A stretch of DNA of 59,607 nt from Dehalococcoidia bacterium (GTDB lineage: Bacteria; Chloroflexota; Dehalococcoidia; Dehalococcoidales; BS750m-G39): NCBI GenBank assembly GCA_011176635.1, contig DUEC01000027.1, positions 1-59,607 of the forward strand, given 5' to 3'. The notes below the pieces were generated by a model that was given only the letters and a program-made list of their open reading frames with translations, had not been told where the DNA came from and ran no database searches. Below, one piece after another: positions 10,112 through 19,721 of the stretch. The stretch's first letter is position 1. Each line of letters opens with the position of its first letter. A program made the position numbers and the translations under genes.

Positions 10112-10990
10112 GTGGACTATGAGCAGGTGATAGTAAGACCCCCCAGCGAAGCCAACAGCCTTCTGCTGCCGGTGACCTACGGCTGTTCCCATAACAAGTG
10201 TACCTTCTGCGGCACCTACACCGGGGTCAAATTCAGGATAAGGCCCCTGGAAGACATCAAGAAGGACATCGACAAGGCAGCCCAAAATTACAGTTGGAGC
10301 CTGCGGCGGGTATTCCTGGAAAACGGAGACGCCCTGATTGCCCCCCAGGCCAGGCTGGTGGCGGTGCTGAAATACCTCAACGAGAAGTTCCCCCATTTAG
10401 CTAAGATTGGCACCTATACCACCCCCCAGGCGGCACTGATAAAGAGCCTCGATGAACTTAAAGAACTAAAGCGGCTGGGGCTCACCATTGCCTACATGGG
10501 CGTTGAGAGCGGCGACGAGGAAATACTGGAGAAAATTAACAAGGGGGCCACCTACGACCAGATAGTGGAAGCGGGGAGAAAGATAAAGCAGGCCGGCATC
10601 ACCCTCTCGGTGACGGTAATACTGGGGCTGGGCGGCATTGAGGGCAGCCGGAACCATGCCCTGAAGACCGCCTGTATACTCTCCGATATCGACCCTGATT
10701 TCGCCGGCGCCCTGACCATAATACTCGTCCCCGGCACTCCCCTGCACCGGGACTGGGAAGAAGGCAGGTTCCAGCTTATCTCGCCCTTCCAGTCTTTGGA
10801 AGAGCTGAAACTAATAATCGAGAACTCTCAGTTTAGCAACTGCTTCTTCACCGCCAACCATGCCTCTAACTACCTGCCGATTAAGGCAAGGCTGCCCCGG
10901 CAGAAGGCAGAGGTGCTCAAGCTTATTGACGAGGTCCTGACCACGAAAGATATGTCCCGGCTCCGCCCCGAGTTCATCCGGGCTCTATAG
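10112..10990 (+). CDS. Radical SAM (Elp3-type domain) protein
   Basis: 292 aa with a GTG start. The Cys triad in YGCSHNKCTFCG has CX4CX2C spacing, followed by a TIM-barrel-like pattern (AYMGVESGD, LSVTVILG). Confidence 0.78.
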   Translation: MDYEQVIVRPPSEANSLLLPVTYGCSHNKCTFCGTYTGVKFRIRPLEDIKKDIDKAAQNYSWSLRRVFLENGDALIAPQARLVAVLKYLNEKFPHLAKIGTYTTPQAALIKSLDELKELKRLGLTIAYMGVESGDEEILEKINKGATYDQIVEAGRKIKQAGITLSVTVILGLGGIEGSRNHALKTACILSDIDPDFAGALTIILVPGTPLHRDWEEGRFQLISPFQSLEELKLIIENSQFSNCFFTANHASNYLPIKARLPRQKAEVLKLIDEVLTTKDMSRLRPEFIRAL

Positions 10991-11008
10991 AAAGGGATGG
11001 TTTAAGGC

Positions 11009-11656
11009 GTGAAAATATCGGTAATTGAAGCCAGAGACCTCGCCGAGGCCTGGTTTCTCTGCCTTCGCAAAACCCTGACCGAGGGCTTTGAGTATAAGAT
11101 TGACCGCGGCAGCTACGCCGGTCAGCGCCGCAAGGAACTTGACCTGGTGGTGGTGCAGGTCAGCAATCCGGCAACCAGACCTATTATTCCCTCCACACCG
11201 CAGGGCGTGCCGCCGCCTACATCCATGGAATACATGGAGAGCTACCTCCCCTACCTTATGACCGCCCATAAAAGGGAAGGCGAGCAGTATACCTACGGTC
11301 AATACCTGGAGGCGCAGATACCCAAGGTAATCGAAATGTACAAGCAGGACGGCTACGATACCAATCAGGCTTTTATGGCCGTGGGAGACGCCAGCTCCAT
11401 AGAACTTGACGACCCCCCCTGCCTCAGGGCCATAGACACCAGGATCCGCGATAATAAACTCAAGTTCATCGTCTATTTCCGCTCCTGGGACCTGTGGGCT
11501 GGCTTTCCCTCGAACCTGGCCGCTATTCAGCTTTTGAAAGAATACATGGCCGCGGAGATAGGGGTTGAAGACGGCGAGCTCCTGGCCATGAGCAAGGGCC
11601 TGCACCTCTACGAATACTCCTGGGAGCTGGCCAGGGCTACCGCCAGAATTAGTTAG
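11009..11656 (+). CDS. Thymidylate synthase (ThyA) family protein, short archaeal type
   Basis: 215 aa with a GTG start. DDPPCLRAID..YFRSWDLWAGFPSNLAAIQLL aligns with the ThyA catalytic-Cys (PC-H) and YQRSxD..G.P.N.A motifs. Confidence 0.72.
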   Translation: MKISVIEARDLAEAWFLCLRKTLTEGFEYKIDRGSYAGQRRKELDLVVVQVSNPATRPIIPSTPQGVPPPTSMEYMESYLPYLMTAHKREGEQYTYGQYLEAQIPKVIEMYKQDGYDTNQAFMAVGDASSIELDDPPCLRAIDTRIRDNKLKFIVYFRSWDLWAGFPSNLAAIQLLKEYMAAEIGVEDGELLAMSKGLHLYEYSWELARATARIS

Positions 11657-11669
11657 GAGGCAAGAGCCG

Positions 11670-12371
11670 ATGAAGGACATTGTATCAAAAGAGGTACTGG
11701 CCAAGTTCCCCGATTATATTCGGGGGGTGGTCATCGCCAGGGGGGTCGATAACCACGGTGAAAACCAAAAGCTGATTGAGCTATTGAGCCAGATGGTGGA
11801 AAAGGCTACCCATGATGAGTCCCTGCAGGAGATTAAGAGCCACCCCCGCATAGCCAACTGGCGGCAGGCTTATACCGACTTTGGCACCAACCCCAATAAG
11901 TTCTACTGCTCAATAGAGTCGCTGGGACGGCGCGCCCGGCGTGGCGACCAGCTGCCCTATATCAACACCCTGGTAGCCCTGTTTAACTACTTCTCCCTCA
12001 AACATATGGTGCCCAGCGGCGGCGACGACCTGGAATCGGCTGACGGCGACCTGCGCCTCACCCTGGCTAAGGGCGATGAGCCCTTCACCCCGCTGAACTC
12101 GGAGACCGTTGAGTACCCGCCGGCGGGCGAGGTAATCTATGTCGATAATTCCAGGGTAATGTGCCGGCGCTGGAACTGGAGGCAGGGCGACCATACCAAG
12201 CTTTCCCCAGAGACGGCCAATGTGGCCATAAACGTGGACTGCTTACCGCCGGTGGCTAAAGGGGAGGCTAAAGCCATAACCAGTGAGCTGGCCGACTTGG
12301 TCCGTGAGTTCTGCGGCGGCGAGGTAAAATGCCTCTTCCTTGATGCCAGCCAGAACGAGGCAGAGATATAG
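11670..12371 (+). CDS. B3/B4 (PheRS-beta-like) tRNA-binding domain protein
   Basis: 233 aa. The pattern ..WRQAY..FG.NP.K...S.ESL.RR...G..LP.IN.LV...N..SL......GG.D matches stand-alone B3_4 domain proteins. Confidence 0.68.
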   Translation: MKDIVSKEVLAKFPDYIRGVVIARGVDNHGENQKLIELLSQMVEKATHDESLQEIKSHPRIANWRQAYTDFGTNPNKFYCSIESLGRRARRGDQLPYINTLVALFNYFSLKHMVPSGGDDLESADGDLRLTLAKGDEPFTPLNSETVEYPPAGEVIYVDNSRVMCRRWNWRQGDHTKLSPETANVAINVDCLPPVAKGEAKAITSELADLVREFCGGEVKCLFLDASQNEAEI

Positions 12372-12372
12372 G

Positions 12373-13242
12373 TTAATCTCCATAAAAGCTCAGGCCCAGC
12401 ATCTTGGGGCCGGTAATCAATGCCGCTACGGGCTGGGTTTCGCGGAGGAGGACCTCGGCGCAATCAAACTCCTCACTGAGCATCTGCCCTAGCTTCTCAG
12501 CTTCACCAGCCGAATTGGTATGATCCACCGAAAAATGCATTTTGTCACCGGGCTTTGACCTCCGCCGGACTATTTCCAAAAGGTGCTTTATCGCCTTGGG
12601 CCTGGTCCTAATCCTAGTTACCGGTTCAACTATCCCTGTCGAGGTTGACACCTCAACAATTGGCTTTATGCTCAATACATTGCCCATCAAAGCCCTCCCC
12701 CGCCCCACACGCCCACTCTTAGCCAGATAGGAAAGCGTATCGAAGAGGACAACACAGTTGACCTTGTTCCTGACCTCGCTAGCGGCTTTGATAACCTGGT
12801 CCATGTCCTTGCCCTCGGCAGCGGCCCTGACCGCCGCCAGCACTATCAGACCAAAACTACCCATCGTCGTCCTAGAGTCAAATATCTCAATATTGACCTT
12901 GGGCAGCTCTTTCCGAGCCATTTCCTTAGCCATGGTGGCTGACTTAAAGCACATGCTCATCTCTGATGATACCGTTACGCAAAGAATACTATCCACCTTC
13001 TTCTGGCTCAGCTTACGGTAAAAGCTGAGGTAATCAGCCGGCGACGGCGCTGAAGAGGTTGGGAACTTATCTGCCTTATCGATTAACTCGAAAAGTTGTG
13101 ACGCCTCTTTTAAGTCTATCCGGTCCCGGTAAGTATTATCGGAGAAAACAGACAGTAAGGGGATCATGCTAATTTCATATTTCTGAACCAGTTCTTCGGG
13201 GATGGAAGCCGCTGTATCAGCAATGAAACCTACCTTAGCCAT
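12373..13242 (-). CDS. DegV family fatty-acid-binding protein
   Basis: 289 aa. The N-terminus (VGFIADTAASIP..L....I.MIPL) and the overall pattern are typical of DegV. Confidence 0.85.
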   Translation of the reverse strand: MAKVGFIADTAASIPEELVQKYEISMIPLLSVFSDNTYRDRIDLKEASQLFELIDKADKFPTSSAPSPADYLSFYRKLSQKKVDSILCVTVSSEMSMCFKSATMAKEMARKELPKVNIEIFDSRTTMGSFGLIVLAAVRAAAEGKDMDQVIKAASEVRNKVNCVVLFDTLSYLAKSGRVGRGRALMGNVLSIKPIVEVSTSTGIVEPVTRIRTRPKAIKHLLEIVRRRSKPGDKMHFSVDHTNSAGEAEKLGQMLSEEFDCAEVLLRETQPVAALITGPKMLGLSFYGD

Positions 13243-13281
13243 TTTGGTTCTACCTCCAAAATAATTCAGTCGAAGTAAATC

Positions 13282-13650
13282 TTAAGCCGTTTTAGAAGAC
13301 ACAGCCTTACCAGTATCGCTTACCCCCATAAGCATAGTTACCGTGGCCGAAAAGTCTCTCCAATCAGCCAACCTGTTAGCCAAAAACTGCTTGCCCTGCT
13401 CGGTTATCCGGTAATACTTCCTGGAATGACTCCTAGCAGTCCGCTGCCAGCGGCTCTTTATCAGCCCCTTAATCTCCAGCCGCCGTAGCGCCGGGTAAAT
13501 GGTCCCCCCTTTGAACCTGAAATAGCCAGTAGTCCTTCTCTCCAGCTCCTTGATAAGGTTATAGCCGTAGGTCTGCACTTCGTTAATCAAGTAAAGAAGC
13601 GCCATCTCGGTCAGCCCTTTTTTCAGTTGCTCGATGTATTGCCTTTTCAT
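13282..13650 (-). CDS. PadR family transcriptional regulator
   Basis: 122 aa. The winged-helix sequence YGY.L.KELE.RT.G.....GTIYPAL.RLE..GLI is diagnostic of PadR. Confidence 0.85.
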   Translation of the reverse strand: MKRQYIEQLKKGLTEMALLYLINEVQTYGYNLIKELERRTTGYFRFKGGTIYPALRRLEIKGLIKSRWQRTARSHSRKYYRITEQGKQFLANRLADWRDFSATVTMLMGVSDTGKAVSSKTA

Positions 13651-13689
13651 GGGTTATATCGTTATCCTATCTACATAGTATTACTACCT

Positions 13690-13717
13690 ATTTTACCACA
13701 AGCAATTAACCTGTCAA
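13690..13717 (-). promoter_or_regulatory. Putative sigma70-type promoter for padR-degV
   Basis: The minus strand reads TTGACA (13717-13712), a 16-nt spacer, then TAAAAT (13695-13690). Confidence 0.35.
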
Positions 13718-13738
13718 TACTTAAATGGGGGAATAGGG

Positions 13739-14524
13739 TTAGTCCTTAACCTTTATATTGAGATAGAGGTCGCCGTGTTTTTGACCCTTCTTCTTGCCCA
13801 TGCCCCTGAGCCTGATTTTAGTCCCCGTCTTGACTCCCGGCGGTATCTTGACCATCAGCTTCTTTTTCCGCCCGTCTCTCTTAAAAGCGACCTGCCTCTC
13901 GCCCCCGCTGGCAGCCGCGGCCCGGGAAATCTCCAGCTCCATGTGCCGGTCAAACTGCCCTGGCGGCTCAAATTCAACGCCGAGGAGCCGGCGCAGGGCA
14001 AACCGGCCGACCTTAAAAGCCGCCTTGGAAAGCAGCCTTTCCATCCAGCTCGGCTTATAGGTGGAGACGGCGCTTTCGGAGGGATAGCCCGACTGATAGG
14101 CTCTCTGCCCCGCCCCACCCGGGGCGGTATAGAAGCGGAAGGCGAAGCCCCTCCCCCCGAAAAACACCCGGTTGAGAAACTCGGGGTCGAACCTGAGACC
14201 GGCTTGGGCGAACATCCGATTGAGCTCGTCGACCGTAGCCGGGTTGGAGAAGATATCGCGGAAAATGTCCTGCTGGGAGTAGCCACCGTCATAACCAGCG
14301 CCGGCAAACTGCCCCTTGCGGGCTAAGTCATACTGCCGCCTTCTGTCCTCGTCGCCGAGCACCCCGTAAGCCTCGTTTATCTCCTTAAAGCGCTCGGCGG
14401 CTTGCTGCTCATTGCCGGGATTGGTATCGGGGTGATGCTTGAAAGCCAGCTTGCGGAAGGCTTTCTTTATCTCTTCCTGGCTGGCGTTCTCGCCAATGCC
14501 CAGTATCTGGTAATAGTCTTTCAT
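13739..14524 (-). CDS. J-domain (DnaJ-like) co-chaperone
   Basis: 261 aa with the N-terminal sequence DYYQILGI....[16 protein letters not shown] (HPD tripeptide present). The C-terminus resembles a single DnaJ C-terminal beta domain, and there is no Zn-finger region. Confidence 0.8.
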   Translation of the reverse strand: MKDYYQILGIGENASQEEIKKAFRKLAFKHHPDTNPGNEQQAAERFKEINEAYGVLGDEDRRRQYDLARKGQFAGAGYDGGYSQQDIFRDIFSNPATVDELNRMFAQAGLRFDPEFLNRVFFGGRGFAFRFYTAPGGAGQRAYQSGYPSESAVSTYKPSWMERLLSKAAFKVGRFALRRLLGVEFEPPGQFDRHMELEISRAAAASGGERQVAFKRDGRKKKLMVKIPPGVKTGTKIRLRGMGKKKGQKHGDLYLNIKVKD

Positions 14525-14615
14525 ATCGTTTCTCTGGCTAACAATTAGCCTCCGGGTATGGTAGGATTATTATAGCATCGAAAACCTTTGATAGCGAAGC
14601 CTCGGGGGACTTAAA

Positions 14616-15383
14616 GTGGACCAGACCGATTCCATCTCAGAGATGATTCTAAGGTCAAAAAGGCTGGTGGTCTTCACCGGGGCCGGCATCAGCACCGAAT
14701 CGGGCGTTGCCGATTTTCGCAGCCCGGGGGGAATCTGGGAGCGGTTCGACCCCAACGAGCTTAACTACCAGAGCTTTCTGGCTAGCGAGGAAGGCAGGGA
14801 GAAGTACTGGCAGTTCTCTCGTGTCCTCTGGACAGAGATAGCCAAGGCCCAACCCAATGCCGGTCACCATGCCATCGCCGAGCTACACCGCCTGGGCAAG
14901 CTGGAGTGCCTGATAACCCAGAATATAGATAGTCTGCATCAAAAGTCCGGCGTCCCCGAGGAAAAGATAATCGAACTGCACGGCACGCTCAAGTGGGTCA
15001 ACTGCCTGGAATGCGGGCAGAGATACCCCAGGGAGCAAATCCAGGCCAGGCTTGACTCCGGTACCAAGGTGCCGCGGTGCGATAGCTGCCAGGGCATCAT
15101 GAAGCCGGCCACCGTTGCCTTCGGCCAGCCGATGCCCGAAGAAGAGACCCGCCAGGCGGAAGCGGCCGCTGCCGCCTGCGACCTGTTTCTATCGGTCGGC
15201 TCATCGCTGGTGGTCTACCCCGCCGCCCAGATGCCCTTAATCGCCAAGGATAACGGCGCCAGACTGGTTATCATCAACCTGACGCCGACCCCTCACGACC
15301 ACTATGCCGATATCGTAATCCAGGAAAAGACCGGCCCGGCGCTGTCCCGGATAGCCAAAAAGGTAAAGGCGCTCTTAAGTTGA
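14616..15383 (+). CDS. cobB: NAD-dependent protein deacylase, Sir2 family
   Basis: 255 aa. Motifs seen: GAGISTESG..DFRS, TQNIDSLH, and a Zn module CxxC...CxxC (CLECG...CDSC). The start is uncertain: GTG at 14616 or ATG at 14643. Confidence 0.85.
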   Translation: MDQTDSISEMILRSKRLVVFTGAGISTESGVADFRSPGGIWERFDPNELNYQSFLASEEGREKYWQFSRVLWTEIAKAQPNAGHHAIAELHRLGKLECLITQNIDSLHQKSGVPEEKIIELHGTLKWVNCLECGQRYPREQIQARLDSGTKVPRCDSCQGIMKPATVAFGQPMPEEETRQAEAAAAACDLFLSVGSSLVVYPAAQMPLIAKDNGARLVIINLTPTPHDHYADIVIQEKTGPALSRIAKKVKALLS

Positions 15384-16609
15384 GACTGAAATTAGTCTTT
15401 ATAAGCCTGCTGTTGCTCTGCCTGCTCGGCGCGGGCTGTTCTTCCGCACAGGACTTCGATAGCCACCTCAACTCAATCGTGGACCCCTATCGCTTCAACT
15501 GGGTGATGTGGGAGCTTGAGTCTTTATGCTATGAAATCGGGCAGTGGTTTTCCGGGGACAGTGTAGAACCCGAAGACCAACCGGCCACGGTAATAGAGTA
15601 TTTCGAGCTGGGGGAGCAGATAAGAAGCCTGGAATGGGAGATAGCCACCGTCGGCGCCGGCAATGAAGAGGGGGACTTAGCCGCGCTTGAGGCCGAGCTG
15701 GAGAGCCTGCAAGAGCAAAGGGCGGCTCTAACCAGCAGTGTCGAGAGGATAATAGCCAGCCAGATAAGAGAGGTCCTGGCCGAGCAGGGCATCTTCCACC
15801 CGGCCTATCAATATATAGGGCTGGAGATTAGCTTCCCGCCGCTGAACTTCAGGCTGGGTGAACTGCCCCACCTGCTGGTGGTTTCGCCCCGGGAGAGCAT
15901 AGAGAGCATGAGGGAGATAGCCCTCAGAGCCGACCTCGCCCTGGAGGAAATAGAGAGCATTGAAGAGCAGGTCGATGAACTGGGCGTCTCCGCCCTGGTG
16001 GTGAGGCTGGGCGGTGCCGGGGCGCTGTATCCCACACTGGTCACCGACAACGCCAGCCTGCAGTTCACCATCAACGCCGCCGTCGAGGAATGGCTGCACC
16101 AATACCTGGCCTTCAAGCCGCTGGGCTTTCTCTACATACTTGACCTTCTCGGCATATCCCGAAACTATGAAATCGCCACCATGAACGAGACCCTGGCCAG
16201 CATGGTCAGCGACGAAATCGGCGCCATCGTCTTGGAAAGATACTACCCCGAATACGTCAATAACGGCCAGCCCCAAGACGGTGGAGGGTTTGACTTCAAC
16301 CAGGAGATGAGGGAGATAAGAATAACCGTCGACCAATACCTGGCACAGGGAGAGACGGAGCTGGCCGAGGAATACATGGAGGAGAGGCGGCAGTACCTAG
16401 CCTCAACGGGCTATTACATCAGAAAGCTGAACCAGGCCTATTTTGCTTTTTACGGCGCCTATGCCGACAGCCCGACCTCCGTCAGCCCCATCGGGGCCGA
16501 GCTCAGAGAGCTAAGGGAGCAAAGCGCCTCACTGGGGGACTTCCTGGAAACGGTCGCCGGCATGAGCAGCCGACAGGAGCTAAGCGATATATTAAGCGAG
16601 AGCCAATAG
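15380..16609 (+). CDS. Hypothetical lipoprotein
   Basis: 409 aa. The TTG start overlaps the cobB stop (TTGA). The N-terminus MRLKLVFISLLLLCLLGAGCSS contains a lipobox. The rest is unrecognised. Confidence 0.55.
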   Translation: MRLKLVFISLLLLCLLGAGCSSAQDFDSHLNSIVDPYRFNWVMWELESLCYEIGQWFSGDSVEPEDQPATVIEYFELGEQIRSLEWEIATVGAGNEEGDLAALEAELESLQEQRAALTSSVERIIASQIREVLAEQGIFHPAYQYIGLEISFPPLNFRLGELPHLLVVSPRESIESMREIALRADLALEEIESIEEQVDELGVSALVVRLGGAGALYPTLVTDNASLQFTINAAVEEWLHQYLAFKPLGFLYILDLLGISRNYEIATMNETLASMVSDEIGAIVLERYYPEYVNNGQPQDGGGFDFNQEMREIRITVDQYLAQGETELAEEYMEERRQYLASTGYYIRKLNQAYFAFYGAYADSPTSVSPIGAELRELREQSASLGDFLETVAGMSSRQELSDILSESQ

Positions 16610-16650
16610 TACCAAAGGTGGATGTTAAGATGCCTTATCCTGACTTTACC

Positions 16651-17655
16651 TTAACGCGGATACTGCAGAAAGCCATTCTCAATAGCCGCCCGAACCTCAT
16701 CGTTGAGCCGGCCGTTGCCATTGGTATCGGTCACCATATTGAAAAGCAGTGCCGCCAGCCCGCTGACATGGGCGCAGGCGAAAGAAGTGCCGCTCTTATA
16801 GCCGTAGTCGTTATCGGGCAAGGTGGAGTAGATATTAAAGCCAGGAGCAGCCACGTCCACCCAATCGCCGTAGTTTGACAGCGGCGCCAGGGTATCATCC
16901 TCGGTGGTAGCCGCCACGGCGATACAGTTTTCATAATAAGCGGGATAGACCGGCGACGAACTGCCGTCATTACCAGCGGCAGCGATAATCACCGCTCCCC
17001 TGTCCCAGGCATAATTTATGGCTTCCTCCAGCTCCGCTGAAGGCCCTCTAAGCTCAATGCTGATATTGATGACGCTGGCCCCATTATCAACGGCCCAGAT
17101 GATGCCCGTGGCCAGGGTTGACGCCTGACACAGACCACCGTCGCCAGCCACCTTGATATTCATCAGCCAGCTCTCCGGCGCCATACCGGCAATGCCCAGA
17201 CCGTTATCACTGTAAGCGGCGATAATACCGGCTACGTGAGTACCGTGCCCGTAAACGTCGCCTGAGGTCGGACTGCCACTAAAATTAATCTCAATTATCA
17301 CCTTGCCGGCCAGGTCTTCGTGGTCTGGGTCGATGCCGGTATCGAGGACTGCCACCACTACTCCAGAGCCCCCGCTGGCGGTCTGCCACAAATCAATTAT
17401 CTGAAGCTGGCCAAGCGCCCACTGGTTAGCCAGATAGGGGTCGTTGGAGATTCTTGCCTCAGATTGGTCAGGCATGGCCGCAGCGGCAGGGCTGCCGTCA
17501 CCAGAAGTAAGCGCCCCGGCTTGGGCCGCCGGCGTAAGCCTTGCCGTATTGCCGCTGGTCGCCAGGGTACCGACGCCCAGTCCTCCGACTGAGATTACCA
17601 GGTAGCTGACGACTAATACTATAAATAATGGAACGGTGAACTTTAATGTCTTCAT
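16651..17655 (-). CDS. Secreted S8 (subtilisin-like) serine peptidase
   Basis: 334 aa with a signal peptide. The catalytic triad contexts are present: VAVLDTGID (Asp), HGTHVAG (His), SGTSFACAHVSG (Ser). Confidence 0.87.
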   Translation of the reverse strand: MKTLKFTVPLFIVLVVSYLVISVGGLGVGTLATSGNTARLTPAAQAGALTSGDGSPAAAAMPDQSEARISNDPYLANQWALGQLQIIDLWQTASGGSGVVVAVLDTGIDPDHEDLAGKVIIEINFSGSPTSGDVYGHGTHVAGIIAAYSDNGLGIAGMAPESWLMNIKVAGDGGLCQASTLATGIIWAVDNGASVINISIELRGPSAELEEAINYAWDRGAVIIAAAGNDGSSSPVYPAYYENCIAVAATTEDDTLAPLSNYGDWVDVAAPGFNIYSTLPDNDYGYKSGTSFACAHVSGLAALLFNMVTDTNGNGRLNDEVRAAIENGFLQYPR

Positions 17656-17822
17656 CTATCATTATATCTATCACAGCCCAAGCCTCACAGGAATAGCTAG
17701 ATAGTCTCAAAGTGGGGGGGCAATTAGTAATGTGACTGGCGTCATAGCCCTTTTGGTACTTTTTTCGCCTGCTGACCTAATACTGGTGTGGGTAAAATAG
17801 GGAAAGGATAGGATAAGTAGTC

Positions 17823-17879
17823 TTGACAACTACCATTTGATGGAGTACTATTTACCCAATACTATTTACCTATAGTACT
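17823..17879 (+). promoter_or_regulatory. Putative sigma70 promoter of the sipW operon with overlapping direct and inverted repeats (candidate operator)
   Basis: TTGACA (17823-17828), 17 nt, TACTAT (17846-17851). An 11-bp direct repeat tactatttacc occurs at 17846-17856 and 17860-17870. An 8-bp inverted repeat pairs agtactat (17844-17851) with atagtact (17872-17879). Confidence 0.4.
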
Positions 17880-17885
17880 GGTAAA

Positions 17886-18440
17886 ATGAAAATTCTGGGC
17901 TGGCTAGTCACAGCAGTGCTGGCTTTAATCGTTGCTGGCTTTCTCTTTGTGTACTTCTCACCCGACTACGATATGCGCCTGGTGAGGAGTGAGAGTATGC
18001 GGCCAGCCATCAATATGGGGGACATGGTAATCACCGGTCCCGTAGGTGGAGAGGTCGAACCAGGGACCATCATAACCTATCAGCGTGGGGAAGAGCTGGT
18101 CACCCACAGGGTGCTCTCGGTTGACGGTGACACCCTGGTGACCAAGGGTGACGCCGTGGAAGACCCCGACCCCTGGCCGGTTACCCTCTCAGATGTCGAG
18201 GGTGTTTACCTCTTCAAGCTTCCCTATGTCGGCTATCTAGCCAATTTCATCGGCACCAAGCTTGGTTGGTTCTTAGTGATTATTCTTCCCGCCACAGCGC
18301 TGGTGGCTCTCATTGTCAGAGATATCTTCAAAGAGCTGGGACGCAATAAAGAGCCGGAGCGCAGTCCGGAAAAAATAAATCGTCAACCGGAAAAAGTAAC
18401 CCCAAAAAGGGAGGTGATGCCTAAAGACCTGTGGGACTGA
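17886..18440 (+). CDS. sipW: Signal peptidase I, SipW (archaeal/ER S26B) type
   Basis: 184 aa with an N-terminal TM segment, then SESMRPAINMGDMVI (catalytic Ser context), THRV (His context), a second TM and a basic tail. Confidence 0.8.
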   Translation: MKILGWLVTAVLALIVAGFLFVYFSPDYDMRLVRSESMRPAINMGDMVITGPVGGEVEPGTIITYQRGEELVTHRVLSVDGDTLVTKGDAVEDPDPWPVTLSDVEGVYLFKLPYVGYLANFIGTKLGWFLVIILPATALVALIVRDIFKELGRNKEPERSPEKINRQPEKVTPKREVMPKDLWD

Positions 18441-18488
18441 TAAAACCTTTAAAGGCAGACTAACAAATTACAGGAGGAATAAGAGAAG

Positions 18489-19649
18489 TTGAAAAAGATA
18501 ATTGGATTGACAATAGCAATTTTAGCCATAATCGGATTGGTTGTTGGCGGCACCCTTGCTTACTTCACTGATACCGAGACCAGCACCGACAACACCTTTA
18601 CCGCGGGGACAATTGACATTGACGTCAACGGTGAAAATCCCTGGGAAGGTGAAGGCTATTTCACTATTGAGGACATGAAGCCCTGCGCTGTCGAGCTCAT
18701 AGACTTCACCATTACCAATGTGGGTGAGAATGAAGTCGATGTCTGGAAGCATCTGGATGTGACTGGCTTCAATACTGGAATAACAGTTTATCCTGACCCT
18801 TCTAGCGGGCCGGTCTCTTCAGAGCCTGAATATCTGGCTGAAGGTGCGGTGTATGACCCTGTAACTTTAACATGGGATGACACTTACTTTTCAGCAATCG
18901 ATGACATCAGCCAAGTCATCAATTATGACCTCACAGTGGATGGTGTGGTAATTATTGACGAAACAGACGATGTACAGATGGCCGACATCGATTGCTGCTG
19001 GATATACCTCGGGGTAATACAGCCGGGAGCAAGCATGGAGGTAACCCAGAGCTATCACATGCAAGGCGATACCGGAAATGAGTATCAGGGCGATGTTGTG
19101 GAATTCACCATTGAGCTCTTTGCCCAGCAGACAGTAGGCTGTCCGCCACCTCCAGGCACTGAATGTGATCTTTACGGAAAGCCTTTCCTGGATTACATTG
19201 ACATTGACAGTACGTCTAGCATGAGCGCTCACAATGCTTGGGGATGGTTCCCTGACCCAGGAGTAGGGAATTACGGCCTTCGAGATGGTGGTTCCTCCAT
19301 TGCCATGATTGGCGGGGATGATGATGGTGGTGGTACCTGTGATATGGATGAGAATGATGCCACCTTTGAAATGAATGCTTGCGCAGAGACGGCCAATAAC
19401 CTGGTTATCAGACACCTTGACGGTTCAGCTAACGACTCGTTCGATATCTATGTAGATGGTGTTTACGTGACCAACTATGTCGGCGGCACAATACCGGGTG
19501 AAGTTTGGGTTACAACAACCTTCCCTCTCGGCGCCCAAGCCTTTACCGGTCAAGCAACGATAAGGTTAGTCATTACCGGAAACTATCCCTGGCCTAGCTG
19601 TCTGACATACGGACAAGGTGCGGTTAACTGGGCATATATTACAAAGTAG
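18489..19649 (+). CDS. TasA/camelysin-family secreted protein with a SipW-cognate signal peptide and an extra C-terminal beta-rich domain
   Basis: 386 aa with a TTG start after AGGAGG. The N-terminus ..GGTLAYFTDTETSTDNTFTAGTIDIDV matches the SipW-dependent signal/TasA N-terminal pattern. Confidence 0.7.
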   Translation: MKKIIGLTIAILAIIGLVVGGTLAYFTDTETSTDNTFTAGTIDIDVNGENPWEGEGYFTIEDMKPCAVELIDFTITNVGENEVDVWKHLDVTGFNTGITVYPDPSSGPVSSEPEYLAEGAVYDPVTLTWDDTYFSAIDDISQVINYDLTVDGVVIIDETDDVQMADIDCCWIYLGVIQPGASMEVTQSYHMQGDTGNEYQGDVVEFTIELFAQQTVGCPPPPGTECDLYGKPFLDYIDIDSTSSMSAHNAWGWFPDPGVGNYGLRDGGSSIAMIGGDDDGGGTCDMDENDATFEMNACAETANNLVIRHLDGSANDSFDIYVDGVYVTNYVGGTIPGEVWVTTTFPLGAQAFTGQATIRLVITGNYPWPSCLTYGQGAVNWAYITK

Positions 19650-19693
19650 TAAGACGGGATTTAAGAATCTTAAGGATTTAATGTAGACAGGGT

Positions 19694-19721
19694 GGTGGGG
19701 TGAGAGAGGTTTCACCCCACC
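19694..19721 (+). terminator. Perfect 10-bp hairpin downstream of the first TasA-like gene (possible partial terminator/attenuator that raises the relative level of the major subunit transcript)
   Basis: ggtggggtga (19694-19703) pairs with tcaccccacc (19712-19721) across an 8-nt loop. No U-tract follows, so intrinsic termination is uncertain. Confidence 0.35.

Noticed and set aside
10985-11704. 239-aa minus-strand ORF
   Set aside because: It is fully antisense to the ThyA-like gene, which has the catalytic motifs and sits in a tightly spaced plus-strand operon.
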